Below, piece by piece: positions 39,646-51,687 of a DNA stretch of 64,000 bases (positions are counted from its first letter, which is position 1; each line of letters starts with the position of its first letter). The stretch covers positions 4,030,001-4,094,000 of the forward strand of contig OX597818.1 of the NCBI GenBank assembly GCA_951406725.2, read 5' to 3'. The notes under the pieces were generated by a model. It searched no databases and was not told the origin of the DNA. It saw only the letters and a list, made by a program, of their open reading frames with translations. The position numbers and the translations under genes are program-made. This stretch comes from Octopus vulgaris. Taxonomy: Eukaryota.

Positions 39646-40574
39646 TTTCAGATACATTTAAAAGAGGACATGCACGTGACAACTCAATACATCATACAGG
39701 TATACCACAGATCAAAGCATTTAAACATGCAAGTAACAATATAACCGTCCGGTAACAACACATCAAGGTCAATACATCAGCATTTCAAAGGTACACGTCC
39801 GAAGACAAAGTTCTATTTCAAAACACATCAACAAGTCATATACAGTTCAAAGGACATTACAGGCCTAACAGTTCAATGTTCATTATACAATGTTCAAATC
39901 ACAACACTGTACAAAATGTCTTTACACAATTCACATTGTTCTTTTCACTGTCTCATTTCTTTTCACTGTTCATTACATCAATTCTTGTCCTTTTTCTTCA
40001 CGTACCTTAATTCCTAATTAGAATAGCCAGTGTCCCATATTGTAGTTCCTCTCTCTCAGTACTGCTAGCTCCAACTTGCTAAACTCTTGCCCCGAATTCC
40101 CAAATCCTTGCTCCTAAAATTCCAACTGCTCGCTTTGACGACCAAATACCAACTGTCCGCTTTGACGACCGAATACAGACTGTCCATCACTACTCTCAAT
40201 CTGTCTCTTAGCACTTATGCTCTCTCTATCCCACCTGGTCCTATGTCCCTATCTTTATCGACGCTGTCACTGTCATCCTCTCTCCTAGTTCTCAGATTCC
40301 TTACCGTCTTTCTCACGCTTTCTTCTTCCTTGCCCTCACTGTCACTAGATTCTTCCTTACTCTATCTTCCTCGGCCCTCACACTGCTCTGACCCCTAATC
40401 GACCGGCACAAGGCCAAAGGTCCCTCCAAAGGCCATTACTCTTCCAGTAAACAAAGGGCTGTAGCTTTTTATTCCAGACTTGCAGGCGCCACTCCCACAA
40501 AGTGGGTCAAGAAATACTGCACTAGCCGAACCATAACAGTATGATAGAAGAAGGCTTGCTCTTCATTCTGTAGA

Positions 40575-40790
40575 AGATAAAATTCAAATCAGACCATGTT
40601 AACACCAAAAATTATTTACATCAAAAAGGTGCTTTTTTTCTATGAAAATCCCTATTTTTCACGATTTTTGACTGCTGTGTCACAATTTTTCGGTGTATTT
40701 CAACTGCATAATGCAAAATTTTTACTTTTCAAAAATTCCAATTCTAAAGGGTCGAAACAAACCCAAGCAACACCGGGTGATACTGCTAGT
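40575..40790 (+). mobile_element. Helitron-like 3' end
   Basis: Subterminal imperfect hairpin ACCCAAGCAACACCGGGT followed by CTAG|T. Confidence 0.5.
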
Positions 40791-40812
40791 ATATGTATAT
40801 ATATATATGTAG

Positions 40813-41113
40813 AGGCACAAGGGCCTAGTGGTTAGGGCAGTGGACTCGCGGTCGTAGGATCACAGTTTCGATTCCCAGATCGGGCGTTGTGAGTGTTTAT
40901 TGAGCGAAAACACCTAAAGCTCCACAAGACTCCGGCAGAGGGGTGGGTGGCAATCCCTGCTGTACTCTTTCGCCACAACTTTCTCTCACTCTTTCTTCTG
41001 TTGGCCTGCTCGCTTAGCCAGTGGGGTGGCGTCATTTGAAGGCTAAAACAATGCGAAGCGCATTGTGACCATCGATGTGTAGCAACAACTGATAGCCTGG
41101 TCGGTCACGGTGA
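40813..41113 (+). mobile_element. tRNA-derived SINE, family C
   Basis: A box GGCCTAGTGGTTAGGGC and B box-like GTTTCGATTCC; embedded in TA repeats. Confidence 0.8.
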
Positions 41114-41191
41114 TATATATATATATGTATGTATATATATGTATATATGTATATATATATGTATATATATATTTGTATATATATATTTGTA

Positions 41192-41240
<49 letters not shown>

Positions 41241-41887
41241 ATGTATATATATATATGTATGTATATGTATATATATATATGTATGTATATGTATATATAT
41301 GTATGTATATGTATGTATGTATATATATATATGTATATATATGTATGTATATGTATATATATATATGTATATATGTATGTATATGTATATATATATATGT
41401 ATATATATATATATGTATATATATGTATATATATATATATGTATGTATATGTATATATATATATATGTATGTATATGTATATATATATGTATGTATATAT
41501 GTATGTATATGTATATATGTATGTATATGTATATATATATATGTATATATGTATGTATATATATATATATGTATATATGTGTGTATATATATATATGTGT
41601 ATATGTATGTATGTGTATGTGTATATATATGTATGTATGTGTATGTATGTATGTATGTGTATGTATGTATATGTATGTATGTATGTATATACATATATCT
41701 GTATGTATGTATATACATATATCTGTATGTATGTATATACATATGTATATATATATATCTGTATGTATGTATATACATATGTATATATATATATGTATGT
41801 ATATATGTATATATATGTATGTATATATGTATATATATGTATGTATGTATGTGTATATATATATGTATGTATGTATATATGTATGTA
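41113..41887. repeat. ~770-bp (TA)n/(TATG)n compound microsatellite
   Basis: Direct reading. Confidence 0.98.
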
Positions 41888-42075
41888 TCATCATCATCAT
41901 CATCATCATCGTTTAACGTCCGTTCTCCATGCTAGCATGGGTTGGACGGTTCGACCGGGAATCTGAGAAGCCAGAAGGCTGCACCAGGCTCCGGTCTTAT
42001 CTGGCAATGTTTCTACAGCTGGATGCCCTTCCTAACGCCAACCACTCTGCGAGTGTAGTGGGTGCTTTTTACGTG
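41887..42075 (-). mobile_element. Young RTE 3' end copy, reverse orientation
   Basis: (CAT)n-CGTTTAACGTCCG...CCATGCTAGCATGGGTTGGACGG, closely matching 46770-46940. Confidence 0.9.
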
Positions 42076-42171
42076 TATGTATATATATATATATGTATGT
42101 ATGTATATATATATATATGTATGTATGTATATACATATATATGTATGTATACATATATGTATGTATAGATA

Positions 42172-43239
42172 TTATATAAAATCAGTTCTGTCTTCTTCTA
42201 GGATCTCGGGCATCCTCCATCCGATTGCGCTCAAATTTGATATGTAGACACCAACGGTATCAGGGCATATATAAGTCTTGAAAAAATTACAAAAATCGAT
42301 TCCAGGTGAGAATGTGATCGATAAAGCCATAGGAATGTGCATTTGTACATGCAAGTACATCAGCTGTTGCGATCGATATTACGCGTACGCGAGAAAAATG
42401 TATGTGCAGTTTGCACAAAAAAAGCCGGCTGGCTTGAAATAATGCCACAAAATGCAGTATATTTAAGAGACATAAAAAGTAAGATGCAGAAGAGATATTT
42501 TTTTCAAATCCTGGCATGAAGGAAGGAAAGACTATTTGGTTTCTCAAGAAGTTTTTTTTTGGCCTTAACTTCGTTTAACAAAACCAAAAAGTTTATTGAA
42601 ATAAAGGCATGCTTAATTATTTTTTAATCAAAAGAAAACTCTGACTGCTTTTTATTCAAGGAAGAAAATACAATTTTTTTGCTAATAACTGATTTTTGTT
42701 GCCTTACTGCTTTAAAGAAAAAAAAAGTGTGTATTTTAGTGAAAGAAAACCATTATTGTATTCAATCTAGATCGTTTGAGCTTTATTTCAAGGTGAATGT
42801 AGTCAAAATACTTCAATTTTAGAAACAAAAGACTATTTGCTTGCTTCTTAATATTTGCATTTTCTAAACGTACACAATTAACCTACAATTGACCAGTTTT
42901 TTGGGGTTTTTTTTAATGTAAACGTGATACTTTTGCATTTTTAATTTGAGAAACAACTTGTCCAACCATCCCATAGGCCTCCCCTTTGAGAAACACTGAT
43001 TTAACCTAAATTTGAGACACCAGCAAAAGATGGATTTCGACTGATGTACTTACGCGTACAAATGCACGTTCCCACGGCTTTATCGATCACATTCTCATCT
43101 GGAATCAAGTTTTGAAATTTTTTCAAGACTTACACACACCCTGATACTGTCGGTATCTACATATCAAATTTGAGCGCAATCAGATGGAGGATGTCCGAGA
43201 TCTTAGAAGACACATAGACAGACAGAACGAATTTTATAT

Positions 43240-43241
<2 letters not shown>
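42172..43241. mobile_element. Foldback element with ~195-bp inverted arms
   Basis: 42172-42365 is the reverse complement of 43040-43241 (CCGATTGCGCTCAAATTTGATATGTAGA / TCTACATATCAAATTTGAGCGCAATCAG). Confidence 0.8.
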
Positions 43242-43269
<28 letters not shown>

Positions 43270-43270
<1 letters not shown>

Positions 43271-46257
43271 TGAAAGGTAGGTCTGGAGAGATTGTAGAGC
43301 TGCTTGAACGGAGGCGTGTGGATGTATGTTGTATCCAGGAAGTAAGGTGGAGAGGAGGTTCCGCTAGGTTCCTCACAGGCAAGGAACACAGGTACAAGAT
43401 TTTCTGGGCAGGGAACACTGACGGGGTCGGGGGCGTGGGTATACTTCTTGCAGAGAAATGGGTAGGTAAGGTAATTGAGGTAGTCAGAGTAAGTGACAGA
43501 GTAATTAAAATTAGATTAGTCCTTCACCACAGGACAGTTACCATCATCTCGGCATATGCCCCTCAACCAGGGCTACCGGAAGGACAAAAAGACCAATTCT
43601 ATGACACCCTATTGCGAACTACCTCGTTGACAAATGACAGTGACCTTCTCTTCGTGGCAGGTGATTTCAATGGACATGTCGGGGGCTTCCATGGCGTCCA
43701 TGGGGGCTACGGTTTCGGCTCTCGTAATGAGGAGGGAACCAGGCTGCTGGAGTTCTGCGATGCAAATGACCTTATGGTCTGCAATGCCAACTTCAGGAAA
43801 CTCTCCTCTCACCTAGTCACCTACCGTTCTGGCAGACACACCAGCCAGATTGACTACATCCTTGCCAGAAAAAGGGAAAGAGGGCTGATTATAAATGCCA
43901 AAACCTTTCCAGGCGAAGAATGCACTCCTCAACATAGATTAGTAGTTAGCGACTTCAGGATCAGAGCTAAATGGTTGCCCAGAAGAAGACCTGCTTGGAG
44001 GAGAAGGGTCTGGAAGCTTAAAGATCCTGCAAATGGACAGAGATTTAGAGACATACTACTCGAAGCCATTGACAAAATAGAAGGGGATATAGCTTCACTT
44101 AATGTGGAAGACAACTGGAGATTTCTACGAGACAATCTGCTGACAGCCACTGACCAGATCTGTGGATGGAGCAAAGTACCATCTCAACCCAGAGTAACAT
44201 GGTGGTGGAACACTGTGGTTGACAGGGCTATTAGACAAAAGAGACAGGCTTGGAAGGACTGGAAGAACGGTGGTAGCAGGGAATTGTATCAGACAGCCAG
44301 AAGGGAAGCTAGGAGACAGGTTTATTTAGCCAGAGGGGAAGCGGATAAGAAAAAATTTGCCAATGTTCTGCGCCGTGAGGATGAAAGACTTGAGGTATTT
44401 CGTGTTGCAAGACAGTGTGTGAGAGAGAATCGTGATGTGGTAGGAGAGAAGTGTGTTCGCATGGATGATGGTTCACTTGCGCTAAATGAGGATGCAAAGA
44501 GAGAGGTTTGGAGATGCCACTATGAAAGGTTGCTGAATAAAGAAAATGAATGGGATAAAGAGAGTCTGCCGAATGTTGACCCAACAGAGGGACCAGCTAT
44601 CCGAGTTGATAGTTCCGTGGTAGCTAAGGCAATTAGAAGCATGAAGACAGGGAAAGCCCCAGGCCCATCAGGAATTACTGCAGAGATGCTCAAAATATCT
44701 GGCAGTGTCGGCTATAACCTAGTCACCCGTATAGTCAACCAGGTGATACACGAAGGAGTCATACCCAATGACTGGTGTAGCAGCGTACTAGTCAACTGCT
44801 ACAAAGGTAAAGGTGATGCCCTAGATACAAATAATTACAGAGGTATCAAGCTGTTGGATCAGGTAATGAAGGTTACGGAGAGGGTCATAGCCCAACTAAT
44901 TAGAGGGAGAGTTAGTTTAGATGAGATGCAGTTTGGGTTTGTGCCAGGGAAAAGCACCACTGATGCTATATCCCTGGTAAGGCAGCTGCAGGAGAAATAC
45001 CTAGCCAAAGATAAGCCCCTGTACCTGGCTCTTGTTGACATGGAGAAAGCCTTTGATAGGGTCTCCCGATCCCCCATCTGGTGGTCAATGAGGAAACTAG
45101 GGATAGATGAATGGCTGGTGAGGGCTGTGCAAGCCATGTACAGAGATGCCATAAGCAAGATTAGGGTTGGCAACATGTACACAGAAGAATTCAAAGTAGA
45201 GGTTGGGGTCCACCAGGGTTCAGTACTCAGCCCCCTCCTATTTATCATAGTCCTCCAGGCAATAACAGAGGAATTCAAGACAGGTTGCCCCTGGGAGCTC
45301 CTCTATGCTGACAACCTCGCTCTAATTGCTGAGTCACTATCAGAACTGGAGGAGAAGTTCCAGGTGTGGAAGGAGGGTTTAGAATCGAGGGGCCTTAGAG
45401 TCAACCTAGCTAAAACCAAAGTACTAATAAGTAGAAAGGTAGGCAATCCACAAATGTCCTCAGGAAGATGGCCCTGCTCGATCTGTAGAAAAGGTGTAGG
45501 TAGAAACTCTATAAGATGTACCCAGTGTAAGCTATGGACACATAAGAGGTGCAGCAATGTCAAAGGTAGGCTAACTGGGAAGATAGTTTTTATATGTGGC
45601 AGATGCTTGGGAGCATTGACCTCCGAAAATCTGCAGAAAACAACTTCCGTCACTTTCCAGGGGGAAAAATTAGAAGTAGTTGATAGCTTCCGTTATCTAG
45701 GTGACCAAGTCAGTAGTGGGGGTGGGTGCGCTAAGAGTGTAACTGCTAGAATAAGAATAGCCTGGGCAAAGTTTAGGGAGCTCTTACCTCTGCTGGTGAC
45801 TAAAGGCCTCTCGCTCAGAGTAAAGGGCAGACTGTATGATGCATGTGTTCGAACTGCCATGCTACATGGCAGTGAAACATGGGCCGTGACTGCTGAGGAC
45901 ATGCGTAAGCTCATGAGGAATGAAGCCAGTATGCTCCGATGGATGTGTAATGTCAGTGTACTTACTCGACAGAGCGTTAGTTCCCTGAGAGAAATGTTGT
46001 ACCTAAGAAGCATCAATTGTTGCGTGCAAGAGAGACGATTGCGCTGGTATGGTCATGTGGCGAGAATGGATGAAGATAGGTGTGTGAGAAAGTGCCAATC
46101 CCTAGCAGTTGAGGGAACCCGTGGAAGAGGTAGACCCAGGAAAACCTGGGACGAGGTGGTGAAGCACGACCTTCGAACGTTAGGTCTCACCATGGAAATG
46201 ACTAGAGACCGAGACCTATGGAAGTATGCTGTGCGTGAGAAGACCCGGCAAGACTAG
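43270..46257 (+). pseudogene. RTE-clade LINE ORF (APE + RT + internal PHD finger), slightly 5'-truncated, YADD changed to YADN
   Basis: CIQEVRWRG, AYAPQ, GDFNGHVG, QIDYIL, QFGFVPG, DMEKAFDRV, GVHQGSVLSP and RGRGRPRKTW; begins abruptly after (TA)n with no first endonuclease strand; catalytic motif reads YADN at 45304-45315. Confidence 0.92.
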
Positions 46258-46942
46258 TGAAGCCATAACCCATGGCCCCTACCTGGGACGTAGTCAGTCC
46301 ACCTGTGCATACCTTCCTGCTTGTGACACTTGTGAAGACCTGTTGAGGCAAATCAAATCAAAGTCAAATCGAATCAAGTCAAACCAAATCAAAATAGATG
46401 AACATCAATGGAATTTGTATCCTTGTGGTACCAGTGCCGGTGGCACATAAGAAAACCATCCGAACGGGACCGTAGCCAGTACCGCATCGACTGGCCTCCG
46501 TGCCGTAGGCACGTAACAAACACCATCCGATCGTAGCCGTTCGCCAGCCTCGTCTGGCACCTGTGTCGGTGGCACATAGGAAAAACACCGAAAACACCAT
46601 ATCCGAGCGTGGCCGTCTGCCAGCCTCGTCTGGCACCTGTGTCGGTGGCACATAAAAAACACCATCCGAGCGTGGCCGTCTGCCAGCCTCGTCTGGCACC
46701 TGTGTCGGTGGCACATAAAAAACACCATCCGAGCGTGGCCGTCTGGCACCTGTGTCGGTGGCACATAAAATCACCCACTACACTCTCGGAGTGGTTGGCG
46801 TTAGGAAGGGCATCCAGCTGTAGAAACACTGCCAGATCTGACTGGCCTGGTGTAGCCTTCGGGCTTGCCAGACCCGAGTTGAACCGTCCAACCCATGCTA
46901 GCATGGAAAGCGGACGTTAAACGATGATGATGATGATGATGA
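43270..46942 (+). mobile_element. Near full-length RTE retrotransposon with ~680-nt 3' UTR and (GAT)n tail
   Basis: ORF followed by a UTR with tandem GTGCCGGTGGCAC modules, terminal palindrome CCATGCTAGCATGG and (GAT)n; flanked by TA repeats. Confidence 0.93.
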
Positions 46943-48888
46943 TATATATATACACACACAGAGGCTTCTTTCAGCTTCTATCCACCAAATCCACTCACAA
47001 GGCTTTGATTTGTCTGGAGCAAATCAGACACCCAAGGACCTATGCAGAAGGGCTGAACATGTTGGGAAGTAAGCTTCTCAATCACACAGCCACACTATAT
47101 GAAGATAGTGTCTCTACAATTGTTCTGTTGCATGATCCAGTAAGTTATGAAACTCTTACTTCTACCACAAGTAGGAGACTATAGAGGTTACTAGAGAATG
47201 CAAATGATCTCTTAGCACACTTCCATCAATCTTATACTGAAGAGGAGGAGGAAGATAATTAAACAAAATATACAAGGTTTCAATACTAATAACTACTTTA
47301 AAATACTTTGGTACTAGAAACACTTAGAACTAGGTCACTTCCTCATAAATAGTTGAAATATATTGACATTAACTAACAACCTTCTCCTACCCAATACACA
47401 TTTAACATTAGAATAAGTATTAACACCATCAAAACTACACTGAACAGTCAAACAAGAATATTATGTTTATGTAGTTAAGGGTACATCTAACCATATTTCT
47501 AGTGGTGGTGGGGATATCTGTGGTTATATTGGAAGCTACATTGTTAGTAGGGGTGGGGGTGAATCTGTAGTGACATTGATAAGTAACAGGTTTGTATCTC
47601 TGCTCCCCATTTTGTTCTAAGCTAATTATTGCATTAATAGAGAAAACCTTTTCTTTTTTTATCCCCTAACTGGTTAATACAAAGAACCCATGAGAATAAA
47701 CTGGAGACTGTTGCAAAGGAAATAAACCATTACAACAAATAACGTGTTAGAGAAGACCAATCCAACCATGCCACTATGGAGGAAAAGCAGGCATCAAATG
47801 ATGATGGTAATATGGCTATTAACTATCTCTGACTCAATAAACTTAAAGGAAAAAATGACATGTGAAGTATTTTTGTAGAAACTAAAATACAGTGGTGGAA
47901 ATGTGCGTGTGAGAGAGAGAAATAGCCTAAGTGAATGTCTTAAAGTGCACCCTCTAATACATATATATATGTATGTATGGGTGTGCCCACACTCATATAA
48001 ACATGTATATATAATTTATTTTTAATGTAAACTTTAAAGGACTAGATACCTCGTAAATCTTAAAATAACATATTTTCAAAGAAACCTGGGTCACTGGAGT
48101 TTTGATTTTTAAGTTAAGCATGAGGCTAGGTGTTTTGAAAAATAGGGGGTTAGTTGACATTATTGTCATCCTCTTCCTCAGTACTTGACTAGTATTTTGT
48201 TATCACCCTAGAACAATGAAAGGCAAAATTGACCTTGGTGGAATTTGAACTTGGAACCAAGGGACAGGATGTAATGAAATGCTGCAAAGTATTTTGTCTG
48301 CTGCTCTATGAGTCTACCTTTTATATAATTAATGTAACCCATCTTTAATCACTTGGTTTCTGATAAGGACACAAACTTCAGAAAGGTGGAGACCTTATTT
48401 CATCACATATGGAAGGATTAAGACCAAAGCTGACCTTGGTGAAATTTTAATTCAAAATGTAAATGGAAAAGACTAAATATAGCTTTTACTAATTCTAAAA
48501 AGAAAAAAAAAAGACATCATCCTACCTCTATAATAATAAAGGGATAAGGCCTCATTTGGAGGAGAAAGAGTCAATTAAACAGCCCTACCACAGCCATTTC
48601 ATTATATGTATGCTGATGTGCAGGATATGACGGTATTGTTTAAGTGGTAGTGATGTTAAACCAGATCAAGAGTGGATGCTGCCACTAAAGAGCTGCTGCT
48701 GCTGCCTATCTGATGTATTAGTATACAATTTCTCCAACAAGGCTTGAGTTGAAGCAAGATGCCATGGGATCAAACCACATGATTATGTGACAAACATCTT
48801 ATCCACACAGCCATGTATAGATGTGTGCCTACAGAGATATTTGTGTATGGATATATGTATGTGTGTGTGTCTGTGTGTATATATATAT

Positions 48889-48930
<42 letters not shown>

Positions 48931-48935
<5 letters not shown>

Positions 48936-49372
48936 AATAAATTTTTTTTATTCTCAAACACGTGATAATGCTAATAAAATAGCGTGAACAGGATAAAATA
49001 TCCATACATTGCAGAAAAATACATTACCAGCCAGCCAGCCATGAGACTCAAACTCATATCCCTGTGCTTTACCATTAAGCTAAACTGCCTAGTAACGAAT
49101 TCTTCTGCAATTTTAGAACATATAAATTTAGCTTTATAAGATGAGCATTAGCATCTTATGAAGCTAAATTTATAAGTTCTAAAATTGCAGAATTCACTCC
49201 TGGGCAGTTTAGCTTAATGGTAAAGCACTTGATGCATAATCACAGGGATGTGAGTTTGAGTCTCATGGCTGGCCGATAACATATTTTTCTGCAATGTATG
49301 GATAATTTATCCTGTTTACGCTATTTTATTAGCATTATCATGCATTTGAGAATAAAAAAAATTTTTTTCTGT
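48931..49372. repeat. ~440-bp palindrome with a tRNA-like head in each arm
   Basis: Arms pair almost end to end around ~49148; tRNA-like segment at 49202-49275. Confidence 0.88.
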
Positions 49373-49460
49373 ATCTTTCAATACATCTCAACACTTCTAA
49401 AACAAACTATATATATATGCACACATCTGCATACAAGTGTGTGTGTGTGTGTGTGCACAT

Positions 49461-49945
49461 CTACAAGGTGTCCCCCCAAAATGCATATACACTTTAAGCA
49501 CTGATAACTCAATTTTCATTCCATTTTAGATTTAGTCCAGAATAAATAATGGAGGAAGCTAGACTAAGCTTTGAACAAAGGACATTTAACCTAAAGTGCT
49601 ACTGGAAATTTAAAAGGGCAAAAATAGTTTAAGAGGGAGTTTCAAACAGACTAACCAACGCGATTACAATACCTTCATATTAGATGTGTTTGAAAGCAGA
49701 TGAAACTGTTCAGAAGATTCACTAAGAACATTCTAGAAGACTGCAAACACCAATAATCCCCACAAAACAAGGAAAGATACTAGAAGCATTGCCAGAATTT
49801 TAAAAAAATCTGTGCAGCAAGTGAGTTGTGACAAAGGAATTTTAAAATCAAGCATCCATTGCATTTTGAAGTGCTGTCATGGGACAAGTTACAATTCAAG
49901 AAAAGCCCATGCTCTCAATGAAGATGATCTGGACAGAATAGAGTT
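49461..49945 (+). mobile_element. Tc1/mariner-like 5' fragment
   Basis: TA|CAAGGTGTCCCCCCAAAA terminus and decayed HTH (MEEARLSFEQR...KCYWKF). Confidence 0.55.
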
Positions 49946-49994
49946 TTCCAAGTGACACTTGAAAAAGTGCTCACTTTCCAGCAAAGTTTGTTTG

Positions 49995-51651
49995 GAGTGG
50001 CTGCAGGGGAAATACATAGCCAAAGATAAACCTCTGTACTTGGCTTTTGTTGACTTGGAGAAAGCCTTATCTGGTGATCAATGCAAAAACTGGGGATAGA
50101 CGAGTGGTTAGAGCTGTACATGCCATGTACAGGGACACTATCAGTAAGGTGGGGATTAGCAATGAGTACAGTGAGGAATTCAGGGTGCAGGTAGGGGCTC
50201 ACCAAGGATCAGTCCTCAGCCCCACCTTGTTCATCATAGTCCTCCAGGCAGTAAGAAAGGAATTTCAGAGAGACTACCCCTGGGAGCTCCTCTATGCTGA
50301 TGACCTTGTTTTTATAGCCAGATCACTACCAGAACTACAAAAGTTTCAGGTATGGAAGCAGGGTCTAGAATCAAAGAGCCTTGGAGTTAACCTAGCAAAA
50401 ACCAAAGTTTTAGTAAGTAGGAAGGCAGAGAAATCACAAATCCCTTCAGGTAGGTGGCCTGCTCAATCTGTAGAAAAGGCATAGGAAGAAACTCTATGAG
50501 ATGTACCTGGTGTAAGATATGGACACAAGAAGAGCAGCAATATCAAAAGAAGGTTAACAGATAAAATAGCTTTTGTGTGTGGAAGATGCACAGGTATAAT
50601 AAACACTGAGAATGTACAGAAAATAGACTCCATCCACTGCCAGTGGGGTAAGCTAGAAGTAGTAGATAGATTCCATTACCTAGGTGACCAACTTAACACG
50701 GAGGTAGATGCTCCAAGAGCATAGCTGTGAGAAGAAGAATAGGCTAGGCAAAGTTCAGAGATCTACCTCTGCTAGCAACAAAGGGCCTCCCAGCTCAGAG
50801 TAAAAGGCAGATTGTGTGATGCCTGTGTGCAAACAGCTATACTACGCGGCAGTGAAATATGGGCTGTGACAGCCAAGGAAATGTGTAGGCTTGAGGGAAA
50901 TGAAGCCAGCATGTTTCACTGGAGATGCAATATCAGTGTGCATGTTTGACAGAGTGTAAGCATCTTTAGAAAAAAGTTGGGCATAAGAGGCATCAGATGT
51001 GGTATGCAAGAGAGATGACTGCACTGGTATGGTCATGTGATGCATCTGGACGAGGATAGCTGTGTAAAGAAGTGCTGATTTATAATTATGAAGAGAACCC
51101 GTAGTAGCGGTAGACCCAGAAACTTTGAGCTTCACAGAGGCAACAACTAGTGACCAAGACCTTTGACGATATACTGTGCTTGAGAAGACTTGCCAAGCCA
51201 AGTGAAATCATTATGGTCAATGTTGGTGTTGTACAATTGGCACCTTTGCCAGTGACACAAAAAGTGCCTTTTAAGTGTTGGCCTCACAGAGGCAAAGTGG
51301 TCGATGCTGGTGGCATGTGAAAAACTCCTTTCAAGTGTCAGGTGTCACAGAGGCAATGACGAATGACCGAGACCTTTGGCATTATATCATGCTTGAGAAG
51401 AAAACCCATCAAGCCAAGTAAAATCACAGTTATGGCATATATTGGTGTCACACAAATGGCACCTGAGCCAGAGGCATGTAAAAAATGTGCCTGTTACAAT
51501 CTTGGAGTGGTTGACTCCAGCCATAGAAACCATGCCAAATCAGGTTGGAGTCTGGTGCAGCCTTCCAGCTTGCCAGTCCTGGTTAAACCATCCAACCCAT
51601 GCCAGCATGGACAACAGGTCATCATCATATTCATCATTTAACATCCATTTT

Positions 51652-51655
<4 letters not shown>
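49995..51655 (+). mobile_element. 5'-truncated decayed RTE copy (RT, PHD and 3' UTR)
   Basis: GAHQGSVLSP, WELLYADDL, GRWP.. PHD remnant and UTR modules. Confidence 0.9.

Positions 51656-51687
<32 letters not shown>

Noticed and set aside
41032-41966. Long Y/I/M/H/C-rich ORFs on both strands (also 38703-39216)
   Set aside because: Translation of stop-free TA/TATG microsatellites.
46430-46770. CRISPR-like repeat/spacer appearance
   Set aside because: Spacers are near-identical, the array is part of an RTE 3' UTR, there are no cas genes and the context is eukaryotic.
49202-49275. Functional tRNA-Met gene
   Set aside because: Mismatched acceptor and anticodon stems and a degenerate T-loop; part of a palindromic repeat.
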